A stretch of DNA of 64,000 nt from Octopus vulgaris (lineage: Eukaryota). Under the pieces are notes generated by a model, which saw only the letters and a program-made list of their open reading frames with translations, did no database searches and was not told where the DNA came from. The stretch lies in the NCBI GenBank assembly GCA_951406725.2, contig OX597815.1, forward strand, positions 17,732,001 through 17,796,000, read 5' to 3'. Below are positions 1-12,485 of the stretch, piece after piece. How positions within the stretch are numbered: the first letter of the stretch is position 1; each line of letters opens with the position of its first letter. The position numbers were made by a program, and so were the translations under genes.

Positions 1-200
1 ATGTGTGTGTTTGGGTTTGTCCCCCCAACAACGCTTGACAACCGATGCTGGTGTGTTTACGTCCCCGTAACCTAGCGGTTCGTCAAAAGAGACCGATAGA
101 ATAAAGTACTAAGCTTACAAAAAATAAGTCCTGGGGTCGATTTGCTCGACTAAAGGCGGTGCTCCAGCATGGCCACAGTCAAATGACTGAAACAAGAAAA
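1..200 (+). mobile_element. 3' half of tRNA-derived SINE family A (cut by window edge)
   Basis: Matches the reverse complement of the 3' halves of copies at 22085-22639 and 48575-49076 (…ggcggtgctccagcatggccacagtcaaatgactgaaac tail). Confidence 0.85.
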
Positions 201-214
201 CGAGTAAATGGAAT

Positions 215-620
215 GTAGCTACTTCTAAAACATTTCGAGGAAGTTATATCTTCGACAAAGGGTGTCGAGAACGATATGGTGGACCGGAATGTGAAAAGCA
301 CAACTTCCCAAGACGAGGATTGCACAAATAATCATACTAAAACCTGGCACTGATACTTTGGTTCCATCGTTAAATTACATTCACATGTTTATGGCATATT
401 AGATGCTATACGTAAAGAACAGCATCTTCTTGATGTTGGAAAGTTAGTCGATGAAGCGATGCACTCGTTATGCCAAAGAATATAAATGGTATTAGTTCCT
501 TAGAAAGAATTCAAGTTGTATTGAACTATGTAAATAGAGATTTTGAGCAACATTTGAGGTATTACGTATCTAATCAAGAATATAAATGAAATTCTTGATT
601 TAGTGAGTATTACTTTTTCT
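215..620 (+). pseudogene. Degenerate MULE/Mutator-like transposase C-terminal fragment
   Basis: Hand translation across frameshifts gives LKHFEE, TNNHTKTWH (cf. RTNNxxEGWH) and HSHVYGILDAIRKEQ, in the order typical of animal MULE transposases. Confidence 0.5.
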
Positions 621-812
621 CATAATGACATTTATATATATGTATGTATATATTGCTGTATTTGGGGCTGGTCATGTTGCCAGTTTAGCCAATGAAAACA
701 CACGCACTGTAAATTTGGTGTTCACTTGGATTCAGCTTTATTTCATATTAATTGTATTTCGGCCAGAGTTCATTCGTCACACTTCCTTGCCTTCTTATAT
801 ATATATACACAC

Positions 813-871
813 ACATCTGTTTGTTTTGTACACCACCTGTCTTCGTCTTTTTTTTTTTTTTCGTAAACTCT

Positions 872-875
<4 letters not shown>
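813..875 (+). mobile_element. 3' tail of Penelope-like terminal repeat family P1, ending in (TA)n
   Basis: acatctgtttgttttgtacaccacctgtcttcgtc…ctccctata matches 40620-40690 and the reverse complements at 26054-26120 and 48243-48305. Confidence 0.75.
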
Positions 876-928
<53 letters not shown>

Positions 929-941
929 ATTATATAGAAGG

Positions 942-992
942 AGCTTCTACAGGACTAGAACTGTTTCATTCAAGAGAAATCTTCAGGAAGCT
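942..992 (-). ncRNA. Type I hammerhead ribozyme, canonical core
   Basis: Minus strand AGCTTC-CTGAAGA-TTTC TCTT GAAT-GAAA-CAG TTCTAGTC CTG-TA-GAAGCT: 6-bp stem I, CUGAnGA, short stem II, GAAA, stem III, GUA cleavage triplet. Confidence 0.8.
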
Positions 993-1489
993 AGTTAACA
1001 AGAATTGTATTGGCATTTATACATTTAGGCAGGTTTAAAGGGTGTTATATATATTTTTATTTTTTAATTTTTTATTTATTCTTCTAGCTAATTTAACACT
1101 GACTCCTTGACCACTCCCCCAAGTATGATATTTTGCGCTATGCCTACCCCCCAAAAGTCCCCCACCAACACCCCTTTAAACCTGCCTAAATGTTGAGTAC
1201 CTTATTTACTGTGGTTAACCCCGAATCAACCCGGGACCTACATATATATATATATATTTAAAAATACTGACACCATGAAAGGATAAAGTATTTTATTTTA
1301 AAATAATTTGTTTTTATCATTTTAAAATTACAATAAGTTGTAAATTAAAATATTTGATAGACATTGCGTTTCAGCGTATTTCTTTCTTTTCTTTATTTCT
1401 ACGAATAAGTTGTTTTGCGAATATAATTTCGACGAATAGATGTCTTCGTGAATTTGAGGTTGGCCAAAATATTTTCGATGAATGTGCCT

Positions 1490-2030
1490 TATCACATACA
1501 TACGAGCCGTCCCAAATGTGAGAGCAATACTCGGTAGTCGGCCTCACGTGTGCTTTGTAGAATATCAACAATTCTTGTATGCAGTAGGAGGATGAAGTAT
1601 GTGGAGGCGCAATGGCCCAGTGGTTAGGGCAGCGGACTCGCGGTCGTAGGATCGCGGTTTCGATTCCCAGACCGGGCGTTGTGAGTGTTTATTGAGCGAA
1701 AACACCTAAAAGCTCCACGAGGCTCCGGCAGGGGGTGGTGGTGATCCCTGCTGTACTCTTTCACCACAACTTTCTCTCACTCTTACTTCCTGTTTCTGTT
1801 GTACATGTATTTCAAAGGGCCGGCCTTGTCACTCTCTGTGTCACGCTGAATATCCCCGAGAACTACGTTAAGGGTACACGTGTCTGTGGAGTGCTCAGCC
1901 ACTTACACGTTAATTTCACGAGCAGGCTGTTCCGTTGATCGGATCAACCGGAACCCTCGTCGTCGTAACCGACGGAGTGATAAAGAAGAGGATGAAGTAT
2001 CTTCTGGCCCTAAAGTGCAGGACCAATTAT
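1490..2030 (-). pseudogene. CR1/Jockey-group LINE ORF2 remnant interrupted by a SINE
   Basis: LIFYKAHVRPTTEYCSHIW resembles the post-RT motif LYKxxVRPxLEYxSxVW; ARRYF lies upstream, across the SINE insertion. Confidence 0.6.
1601..1987 (+). mobile_element. tRNA-derived SINE family B, full length
   Basis: A box (tggcccagtgg) and B box (ggtttcgattccc); 13-bp TSD gaggatgaagtat at 1588-1600 and 1988-2000; near-identical copies elsewhere in the window. Confidence 0.92.
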
Positions 2031-2425
2031 TAGCTATGTTAGATACGTGTTTTTGTGAGAAGAAATTCCCGGTGACAGTGAGACTCAACAATTGTTGATT
2101 TTAGGGTTCACGTTTCCGAGGTGTAGTTTGCGACAGGGAAAATGAAGGTGATCTACAGTCTAGCTATGAGTCACCGCATGATAGCTTACTTGTTTCTTAG
2201 TCTTCCAAACACTATAATTGTTAGTAAACTAAAGCATTGCGAACCATTTGGTGTTGCATTGAGAAATATATAAGTATCATCCAGTACGATCATTTAATTG
2301 ATAGTTAACATCATCTTGCACCTTACACCACTTATTTTCATATCTCATATTTTACACAATTCCTCGAACAAGTTAATGTTTATTAAGTTAAATATCGTGG
2401 AAGCGAGGGTTGTCAGCGTATCTAA

Positions 2426-2926
2426 TCTTTTCTAACCTAGGCACAAGGCCCGAACGTTTTGGGGTGGTGGGGGCCAGTCGATTATATCGACCCTAGTACG
2501 CAACTGGTATTTAATTTATCGACCCCGAAAGGATGAAAGGCAAAGTCGACCTCGGCGGAATTTGAACTCAGAATGTAGCGGCAGACGAAATACCAATTTC
2601 TTTACTACCCACAAGTGGCTAAACACAGAGAGGACAAACAAGGACAGACAAACGGATTAAGTCGATTACATCGACCCCAGTGCGTAACAGGTACTTAATT
2701 TATCGACCCCGAAAGGATGAAAGGCAAAGTCGACCTCGGCGGAATTTTGAACTCAGAACATAGCGGCAGACGAAATACCGCTAAGCATTTCGCCCGGCGT
2801 GCTAACGTTTCTGCCAGCTCGCCACCTTAAAAGGACACGGGACCAAAGAGTCACGCAATGGTACTGAACCCGGATGCGTGTGGTTGGGAAGCAAACTTCT
2901 TACCACATAACCACGCTTGCGCCTAT
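2426..2926 (-). mobile_element. Chimeric SINE: family A tRNA head fused to a family C dimer
   Basis: A single 17-bp TSD gttgtcagcgtatctaa (2409-2425, 2927-2943) brackets both parts. Confidence 0.8.
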
Positions 2927-4108
2927 GTTGTCAGCGTATCTAAAATATCTATGGAGAAGTCTTCAGTAAGTGCCAGGTTTTTATCCAAGTCTTTCAGTCG
3001 GTCTGAGTTTTTCAGTGGTAAACTTAATACATCGACTGATTTCACAATACCACCTGGTCCCTGAGTGCCTTTAATGGTGTTCGCTCTGTTGCAAGTATTC
3101 GAGATAGGTTTCCAGTTTGACGATAACACCACCCTTTCTTCCCATCAATCACGAAGAGCTTGAGAAAAAAAAATGTCATGAACGTTGACCTTCCTTATTC
3201 GACAAAATGATAAAACAAAAGACCAAAACTTCAACAGTCTGAACGAGGAGTTGTATGATGAGCCCATTAAAGTGTTTCTTGGACCATTAAGAATTGTTAT
3301 AGCAGTACGTTTAATTCATAATTGTATCCAGGCAGAATCAGGAACACTTAAATTCCGTTACAGTATTTAACCGAGCTGGTTGCAGTGGTTTATGCCGCAC
3401 ATGCATCGGTTTTCTTGATCCAGCAGAGCGCGAAAACGCGTGAGGTAATTGTCATTAAATGTCTTAGAATGTTATGAAATATTTACTTCGGGGTTCTTAC
3501 GAATGAGAATGGAATGAAATGTTCAGGTTATTAACTTCATTATTTCTATCTTTAGTACATTCGATCTGTCTACTCTTGAAAATAGTGAAGCCAGTGAGAT
3601 CAAACCACAGGCGGAAACTGCATGGTTAATGGAAAACCACACTTTTAATTCACTTAATATTTATATATTTTTTTCTTCCTATCAGTCGTTACTAATGTGG
3701 ACGTAAGCATGACTGTATAGTTAATAACCTTACTTACATCTATACTAACAACAACTGATCAGCGAAAAGGTCAATCAGCAACAACGTGGTTTTAGAACAT
3801 CGGCAAGAAATAGAAAAACCGGTAACACTCAATTGTCGCCGAAACCCTCACAAATGCAGTGAACCATGAAATGGTGTGTTGAAAATCTGTAACCAATGAA
3901 ATTAATGTCTTACCAATTAAAATATAACATAAAATTAATACTCAATACATTACTTTATTTTCCTCCCAAACCTATTTTCCACTTTTCTTTTACACGTTTA
4001 AGATATTGAGCTGCGGCCATTTGAAAATCGGTTCAGAACATTCGAAATTTGTTTGTCGGATATTTCGGACAGTTTGCTTTCCCGTTTGCTTCCTTCAATC
4101 TTGGTGAA

Positions 4109-4159
<51 letters not shown>

Positions 4160-4190
4160 AAGGGGTTTGTATGATTGTGTATAGAGGGAT

Positions 4191-4635
4191 ATATATTATT
4201 CAAAGGAATTCCAACTCTGTTTTTTATGTTATATATATATTCTTTATAATATTAACGTAGAATATATAGTATATATAGTAAAATGAAATGAAGTATTGAT
4301 TGTCTTATTGAATAGATGAAATATTGAATATCAAATATTAAGGGACTTAGTATACTTTCTTGCATTTAAGCAGTCTTCAAGGTCCCAAGTTGTGACAGGA
4401 ATGTTTCAACTGTGACAGGAATATTTCAACACAGTTGAAACATTCCTGTCACAACCTGGGACCTTGAAGATTGCTTAAATGCAAGAAAGTATACTAGTCC
4501 CTTAATATTTGATATTTCATCTATTCAATAAGACAATAAATACTTCATTTCATTTTACTTTATATACTATATATTCTACGTTAATATTATAAAGAATATA
4601 TATATAACATAAAAAACAGAGTTGGAATTCCTTTG

Positions 4636-4645
<10 letters not shown>
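4191..4645. mobile_element. Long palindrome (about 215-220 bp arms), inverted Penelope-like terminal repeat with a hammerhead-like motif in each arm
   Basis: 4191-4413 is the near-perfect reverse complement of 4431-4645. The plus arm 4458-4501 reads GGGAC-CTTGAAGA-TTGC TTAAAT GCAA-GAAA-GTATAC-TA-GTCCC. (TA)n lies on both sides. Confidence 0.75.
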
Positions 4646-4687
<42 letters not shown>

Positions 4688-5255
4688 ATCTATTTGTCTA
4701 TCTATATTTTAATGTTTGTTTTTTATGTCAATAAAAACAATTTAATATTAAACTTACTCAATACTTTATAAGTAGAGTAAATATTTATTAAACTTTTACA
4801 AGAGAGGTGACATGACTTCGAAACTTCAGCTTGCTAGACTTCACCAGACTTATATATGAAGATATATATTAATTGTAAGCGAGGGAAGCAGTAGTGATAC
4901 CGAAAGATAATCTTTATAACCAACTAAGCATGGATGCCTTGTTAATACACCGAATACAGTGTTAACGTCCTTGAGATCCACCCAAATAGGTGCTTGGTGT
5001 AAAAAAGCACACACACATATATCGTAGCAGGCGAGAATAGTCTGTCATGGGCGATGGAATTCCCTTATCACGCGATTTCATTCTACGGAAAATCATCAGA
5101 GGGAAGCATCCGGTCACTGGATGCCAGTCAAACATAGCTACTACGATATATAAAACATAAGCATCTTTTCAGAACTGACGTTGCAAATAGTCAGTAGGTT
5201 TAGTGAAAATTAATTATTAGCGACGGAAGCATTATAAATACCTAACAGCAATCTT

Positions 5256-5692
5256 GGATCTTTTCGGTTTGAACGGCAGTTTTTTCTAGCGGTGTCATAT
5301 GAAATTGTCACCCGTAATTATGACCCTAGTATCGATCTATTGCATTTCAATCTGTTTTAGGGTTAGGGGTGGGGGAAGGGTATCTTTTTTTCTTCACAAA
5401 TGTAAATAAACCCAATCTGTTTCTTAAACGAGGGACATATTCATACGGCAAAAAATGTTTTTTTTTACCTCAATGAACGTCAGTTTTACCTCAATGGACG
5501 TCAGTGATTGGTTGAAATTGCAGAAATTGAAGGAAAAAAAAACAACAAATATCTTACAAACTATAGAATTTTCTCAATAAAGCCAAAAGAAAAAGATGTT
5601 TTATAAACACATTCTACCAGTATACGAAGTTTAAAATTTTTTTAGTTACCTAGAAATTATGTTAAAAACTGCCGTTCAACCCAAAAAGATCC
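5256..5692. mobile_element. MITE (non-autonomous DNA transposon), 8-bp TSD
   Basis: TIR ggatcttttcggtttgaacggcagttttt; TSD gcaatctt at 5248-5255 and 5693-5700; internal ttagggttaggg. Confidence 0.92.
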
Positions 5693-5891
5693 GCAATCTT
5701 TATATACATCTTTTAACATAGTTGGTGTGTTAGAACACCGAAGACGAAGACTGCGTTATTGGCATTGAGAAATCCTCTTATACAGGCGTTCGGTGTATAA
5801 AAGCACACAGAGATCGTGGCAGACGAAAATCTATGCGTGTGCTTTAATGCACCAAGCGCCGATATAAGAGAATCCCTCAAAACTAATAACG

Positions 5892-5941
<50 letters not shown>

Positions 5942-6296
5942 TGTATTATACACACTTGTATGAATAATAGATAATTGTAAATAGAATATCTAGATAATCT
6001 GGTTGGCCATATACTCTGTCTGTCAGACATTCACAATGGTATATTATAAGCTGGGTATTAGAATCAAAGGATCACGGAGGAATTTTATACTGAAGTTGTT
6101 GTCAACAGTATGAGAATTTTGACGAGAGAAAATAAATGTAAAATACAGAAAGAAGAAGAAAAACATCACTTAGTGAATTTTAAGGCTATAATATGGTCGT
6201 ATGTTTGAGTTCGTTCTGCAGTCATGAGGTTCCAGGTTCGGTTCCACTGCGATATATCTTGAGAATGTGTTGCTTACCATAATATCGAGTTGATCT

Positions 6297-6658
6297 GATG
6301 GAAGCACTCCGTCGGTTACGACGACGAGGGTTCCGGTTGATCCGATCAACGGAACAGCCTGCTCGTGAAATTAACGTGTAAGTGGCTGAGCACTCCACAG
6401 ACACGTGTACCCTTAACGTAGTTCTCGGGGATATTCAGCGTGACACAGAGAGTGACAAGGCCGGCCCTTTGAAATACATGTACAACAGAAACAGGAAGTA
6501 ACAGTGAGAGAAAGTTGTGGTGAAAGTTGTGCCGGAGCCTCGTGGAGCTTTAGGTGTTTTCGCTCAATAAACACTCACAACGCCCGGTCTGGGAATCGAA
6601 ACCGCGATCCTATGACCACGAGTCCGCTGCCCTAACCACTGGGCCATTGCGCCTCCAC
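6297..6658 (-). mobile_element. SINE family B nested in an older decayed family A-like SINE (about 6190-6720)
   Basis: Reverse complement of the 1601 copy with a small internal deletion; TSD gagttgatct at 6287-6296 and 6660-6669. Confidence 0.9.
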
Positions 6659-6921
6659 GGAGTTGATCTAACGCTTATGAGTGAAAGTGGATTTAGACAG
6701 ATTGGAAGTCTGTCGGATGGCGTGTCGGATGGTAAGTAAAAAATTCAACTCTGACGCACTACCTTATGCTGATTCAACTTTGAGACTTAAGTTAAACAGT
6801 ACATGTGCCTGTGCAGTACACGCTAATTTAATGAGCAATTAATTAAGTTGATTGAATGACTGAATACTCTTCTTTGAAACCGACGGAAATCCATGTCTGT
6901 TCGCGCGTGCGTGCGTATGTA

Positions 6922-8176
6922 TTGGGTTGACAACTAAGTTGCTGCCGTTTTTTTTAAATTTTGGAATTTATTGCGTTTTTAAATTTTGGAATCTATTTTT
7001 TTTCGAGAATTCGATTTTTGAATCATTTTGGAATCTTTTTTTTTTTTTTCTAGTTAATTTTAATTATTTTTTGTTTATTTTCAGATCATTAAAATGGAAT
7101 GTCAAGTTAAGAAAAACGACCATTTTCGACACCTTTTTGCTTTTAATCAAGGTTCTAAGGCCGCAAAAGGTGCTCGAGACATTTGTGCTGTGTATGGACA
7201 GGGTGCCATAGCTGAAAGAACCGCTCGTTATTGGTATGCTAAGTTCAAAAATGGTAATTTTGACCTCAAAGACGTTCTGGCCGTCCAATTGTGTTCGATG
7301 AAGAGCGACTAAACCAACTTTTGCACGAAAATTCTCGTCAAACGACAAGGAAACTGGCAGAGAAAATGGAATGGTCCCACATTGCTATAGAGAAGCATGG
7401 AGCATGGGTTCAGCATGCTTTAAGTGACAATAACAAAAATCAACGAGCCACAATCTCCGCTGGTTTGCTTGCTCGTCACCGCTCAGCTCATGGACACAAG
7501 CAATGATTTCTTCACCGAATCGTTATCGGCAACGAAAAATGGTGCCTGGTCATCAATATGGAGCAGCGTAAGGAATGGCTTAGCCCCGGTAAGCAAGCGA
7601 CACCGCGCATGAAACAAGATCTTCATCCGCGTAAAACGATGTTGTGAATATGGTGGGACTACGAAGGGATAATCCATTACGAATTACTTGAACGGAACCA
7701 AACGGTCAACGCGGAACTCTATGTTCAGCAGATGGAACGACTCAACACGGCTATTCAAGAGAAAAGACCTAATCGGCAGTATGGAGTTCTTTTACTGCAT
7801 GACAACGCCTGCCCTCATATCACCAATATGACCAAAGAAAACATTCAAACGCATGGCTGGGAAGTGCTGCCACACCCGCTGTACTCTGCTGATTTGTCAC
7901 CAACGGATTTCCACCTCTTTCGATCTCTTTCAAATGCTGTGCGCGGAGTTTCATTCAATACTGATGCAGAATTGAGAGCTTGGTTGGGTCAATTTTTCGA
8001 GTCGAAATCGGGTGATTTCTACCAACGAGGTATTGAAAATCTTGTTGAACGTTGGGAAGAAGTTGTAAAAAACAAAGGTGAATACTTTATTGATTAATTA
8101 GTTGTTATTTCTTTTTCATTAAACCTTTAAAAAATGAAAATTTTTAAAAACGGCGGGAACTTAGTTGCCAACCCAA
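6922..8176 (+). mobile_element. Near full-length mariner DNA transposon (mellifera-subfamily-like), inactive
   Basis: TIRs ttgggttgacaactaagtt… and …aacttagttgccaacccaa, TA at the flanks, about 1.25 kb long, encloses a transposase pseudogene. Confidence 0.93.
7094..8097 (+). pseudogene. Mariner transposase pseudogene (D,D34D family)
   Basis: MECQVKKNDHFRHL…WYAKFKNGNFDLKD, VIGNEKW (first catalytic D changed to N), HDNACPH, YSADLSPTDFHLF; frameshifts and internal stops. Confidence 0.93.
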
Positions 8177-9398
8177 ATATATGAACGTGCCTGTGTGTGT
8201 GTGTGTGTGTGTGAGTGTGTGTGTGTGTGCGTGTGTGTACGTGCGTGTATGCATGTGTATATACGATTGTATACTCACACATGAGTGTGTTTTATGAGTT
8301 CCAAACATATAATAAAATGGTTAAATCAAAGAGGATTATTCAACATTTAGGTAAACATTAGTTGACACTCATCATAGCACTGACGCAAATTTGTCAATTA
8401 ATCACCATGAATATTATATTAAAATAATAGTTTATTACGCTTTTATTTTCTACAGAGGACAGATAAATAATACCAACAGAATCCTTCTAATGGCTTCTTG
8501 CTTGGTAAAAGGCTACAGGTTTTAGAAGAGAAGCAGAGTCGCTGGAATCGATCCCAGTACTAAACTGGTACTTCATTTTATTTACACAGACAGGACAAAA
8601 GGCAGGATTTGAATTCGGGACTTAAAGGAAATAACTGTGATACAGCTTGTTCAGCGCTTTATCGATTCTTCAACCCAATGGCCTTTTCAGGTGAAAAATA
8701 AAGAAAATCATTAAAATAAGGTGAAAGTTTGGATAAACAAATGAAGCTGGTGAATATTGCGTGTGGACATCCAAACATCTTTTAAAAGCCTCAACTAATT
8801 TCAATTATGATCTCACAGTGATTTTAAGAGTGGGTTTTATCATCGGAAGCTAAAATTAAACTGTAATATATCATTAAGATTTTCAACACAACCAATCTAA
8901 TTTAAGATTACAGACTTTTGAGAAGCTAATCAGAGATCAAAGGGTTAACACATACGTAAAATGAATACACATATTTGATGGACTGTTATGGATATTAAAT
9001 AGGCTGAACAAAAGTCTTTTCAAACCTTATTATTTAAAAGGGTTTCATGTAATACATAGATGAATTAGCGTAGGGAACATTATTTTTCATAGTTGAATAT
9101 ATTACTTGGAGATAATTAGCTGCATCGTCTACAAATACGTTGGTTATGAATGAAGATGAGGAATTTGTTGATTTATTAGATATAAAGTGTACAGAAGAAA
9201 CGTTTCTTAAGGAAGATTTAAATCATTACAAAATAGCAGTAGGAAATAATTTGAATATTTAATTGTTAGCAGCACAGTAGATGGCAAAATCAATAGGATG
9301 TTGGGTAAAATGCATGGCAGTTCTTTTACGCCCTTAGTTCAAATCCATTCGGCGTCTTTATCTTTCACAAGCCTATATATATATAGTGTTTTAATGAA

Positions 9399-10363
9399 AG
9401 GCGGTGAGCTGGCAGAAACGTTAGCACGCCGGGGCGAAATGCTTAGCGGTATTTCGTCTGCCGCTACGTTCTGAGTTCAAATTCCGCCGAAGTCGACTTT
9501 GCCTTTCATCCTTTCGGGATCGATAAATAAAGTACCAGTTTCGCACTGGGGTCGATGTAATCAACTTAATCCGTTTGTCTGTCCCTGTTTGTCCTCTCTG
9601 TGTTTAGCCCCTTGTGGGTAGTAAAGAAATAGGTATTTCGTCTGTTGCTACGTTCTGAGTTCAAATTCCACCGAGGTCGACTTTGCCTTTCATCCTTTCG
9701 GGGTCGATAAATAAAATACCAGTTACGCACTGGGGTCGATGTAATTGACTTAATCCCTTTGTCTGTCCTTGTTTGTCCTCTCTGTGTTTAGCCCCTTGTG
9801 GGTAGTAAAGAAATAGGTATTTCATCTGTTGCTACGTTCTGAGTTCAAATTCTGCCGAGGTCGACTTTACCTTTCACCCTTTCGGTGTCGATAAATTAAG
9901 TACCAGTTACGCACTGGGGTCGATGTAATCAACTTAATCCCTTTGTCTGTCCTTGTTTGTCCTCTCTGTGTTTAGCCCCTTGTGGGTAGTAAAGAAATAG
10001 GTATTTCGTCTGTTGCTACGTTCTGAGTTCAAATTCCGCCGAGGTCGACTTTGCCTTTCATCCTTTCGGGGTCGATAAATAAAGTACCAGTTTCGCACTG
10101 GGGTCGATGTAATCAACTTAATCCCTTTGTCTGTCCTTGTTTGTCCTCTCTGTGTTTAGCCCCTTGTGGGTAGTAAAGAAATAGGTATTTCGTCTGTTGC
10201 TACGTTCTGAGTTCAAATTCTGCCGAGGTCGACTTTACCTTTCACCCTTTCGGTGTCGATAAATTAAGTACCAGTTACGCACTGGGGTCGATGTAATCAA
10301 CTTAATCCCTTTGTCTGTCCTTGTTTGTCCCCTCTGTTTAGCCACTTGTGGGCAATAAAGAAA
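9399..10363 (+). mobile_element. SINE family C: tRNA-like head plus five tandem 184-bp units
   Basis: Units start at 9450, 9634, 9818, 10002 and 10186; 16-bp TSD tatagtgttttaatga at 9382-9397 and 10372-10387. Confidence 0.92.
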
Positions 10364-10398
10364 TATATATCTATAGTGTTTTAATGACTGTGTGTGTG

Positions 10399-10432
<34 letters not shown>

Positions 10433-11426
10433 TGACAAGTTATTCAGTGCACACCCACCCAGGTTCGTTATTTACAAACGATATTCCGTCCAATATGGAG
10501 TATGGTGGTTATTAAGCAATTCTTGGTGAAGTATTGATGACAGTGAACAATATATGAAATGCAAATTTCGATAAAACAGCAATATTTGAAACCGAAGCAG
10601 AGGCTATCTAACGTTCTTGTTTTATGAGTATTGACTTCAAAATTCAGCCGTCGTCGACTTGCTCTTTCATGTTTCTATGATAAACTTAATTAAATTTCAA
10701 TAACACATAAGTGTCAGTTTTATCGACAGTAGTTTATTAAGTGCTTCTGACTCTCCTACAAAATTGTGTTTGAACCTAGTTAAATGAAAATCCTTATCAA
10801 ATAAAAATTTACAAGTAATTATAATTTCAATGAGATTTTTTTTTTTTTTCAAATTTATACTAATTTAATGGAAAGTGGTTTTTATTATTTTTTTTTTTTT
10901 GTGCGTTCCTCATTATTTATAAGAGCTTAGTGATATTTCTGAGCAACTAATTCAAGAAATAAGACTTTACCCGACCACCACCTGCCAATTAAAAAACAAA
11001 CAAACAAACACACAAACATTGATTACATTGCTGTCCTACACTTTCATATGCTTCATAATTCCTTATTCATTTGACTTCGACTTCAGACATTAAGATCAAC
11101 ATTCCTTCTTATAAATTAATAATTACATTTATAATAATTACATTTATAATGAAACTATTACTGAATAGTTGCATAAAACACTGCCATTTCACTATTATGT
11201 AATTATTTTAAACAGTAAGAAAATAATTTTCTAAAAAATATTCAATCGACTAGTCAACTTTCATAGACATTGTACCGTGTTAGCCATCTGATAAGATACA
11301 TTAGCACATAGTTTAGGATAGTTTGAAGGATTTAAAAGTGTATGTGTGTGTGTGTGTGTGTGTGTGAAACAATTTGATTTAAGGCAACAGTTCCTGGGCC
11401 GATCCCTCATCACTTGAATTATCCCT

Positions 11427-11840
11427 GGATCTTTTCGGTTTGAACAGCAGTTTTTAACATAATTTCTAGGTAACTAAAAAAATTTTAAACTTCGTATACT
11501 GGTAGAATGTGTTTATAAAACATCTTTTTCTCTTGGCTTTATTGAGAAAATTCTATAGTTTGTAAGATATTTGTTATTGTTTTTTTTTTCAATTTCTGCA
11601 ATTTTAACCAATCAATTACGTCTATTGAGGTAAAAAACATTTGGTGCCGTATGAATATGTCCCTCGTTTAAGAAACAGATTGGGTTTATTTACATTTCTA
11701 AAGAAAAAAAGATACCCTTCCCCCTAACCCTAACCCTAAAACAGATTGAAATGCAATAGATCGATATTAGGGTCATAATTATGGGTGACAATTTCACATG
11801 ACACCGCTAGAAAAAACTGCTGTTCAAATCGAAAAGATCC
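11427..11840. mobile_element. MITE, same family as 5256-5692, opposite orientation
   Basis: Same TIRs; TSD ttatccct at 11419-11426 and 11841-11848. Confidence 0.92.
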
Positions 11841-12485
11841 TTATCCCTTGACAATGGTTATTTTATAGGGAGAAATAAGAGGTTGAGTTCATCTAACTTG
11901 ATTTAAACTCGGCGCAATTAGGCTCTGATAACTTACAACATCGAGATTGGGTTTTCTAATGCATGCAACAACACTTCAAAGGTTATGAATTTGCTAGCCA
12001 GGCTTTAGCAATCTGAAAAATCTCATGGTAAGATCATTTAAACTAACGAGTGATATCTAACTGAACGGTGGAGCATTCACGGGGATCGGGTTGTGAGATA
12101 AAATAACATTCGTACATTTGCTAAGTACATCAGCGTTGAAATATTTATAGTCTAGAAAACTGGATGACGTATTAAATTTTCCGGGACATTCTTGTTAAAA
12201 TGATACACATACATAAATGTTAATGAATATTCATTAGTATTGTCCCACGCTCACTAAAGAGAGTATCGATAGCCACATGACAATGGATTGGGTTTGGATA
12301 CAAACTTTACAAATGTCGGAAAAAGTGAAGTTGCAAATGAGGTTTTGCGTGAAAACTAAATTCTTTATACTTTACTAATTCCTATACTGGTTTGATATAA
12401 GAACATAAACATCCAATGGTTTGTTAAATCCATCCTACAAATTTCGGTCAGTTAATTATTTGATGTGCAATGTTATTAATATATA

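Noticed and set aside
1601-1675. tRNA gene-like sequence (also at other SINE heads)
   Set aside because: Continues into a SINE body flanked by TSDs; no proper acceptor stem or terminator.
1735-1938. Recurrent 67-aa ORF MVVIPAVLFHH…
   Set aside because: Incidental frame inside SINE family B; recurrence reflects the repeat, and the start is often GTG.
2923-3370. Short non-repetitive ORFs as candidate host exons
   Set aside because: No recognisable domain or clear splice-site pair; probably old TE debris.
9450-10363. Regular array resembling CRISPR or a retrozyme
   Set aside because: Units repeat in full with no unique spacers, the context is eukaryotic, and there is no CUGAnGA core on either strand of the unit.
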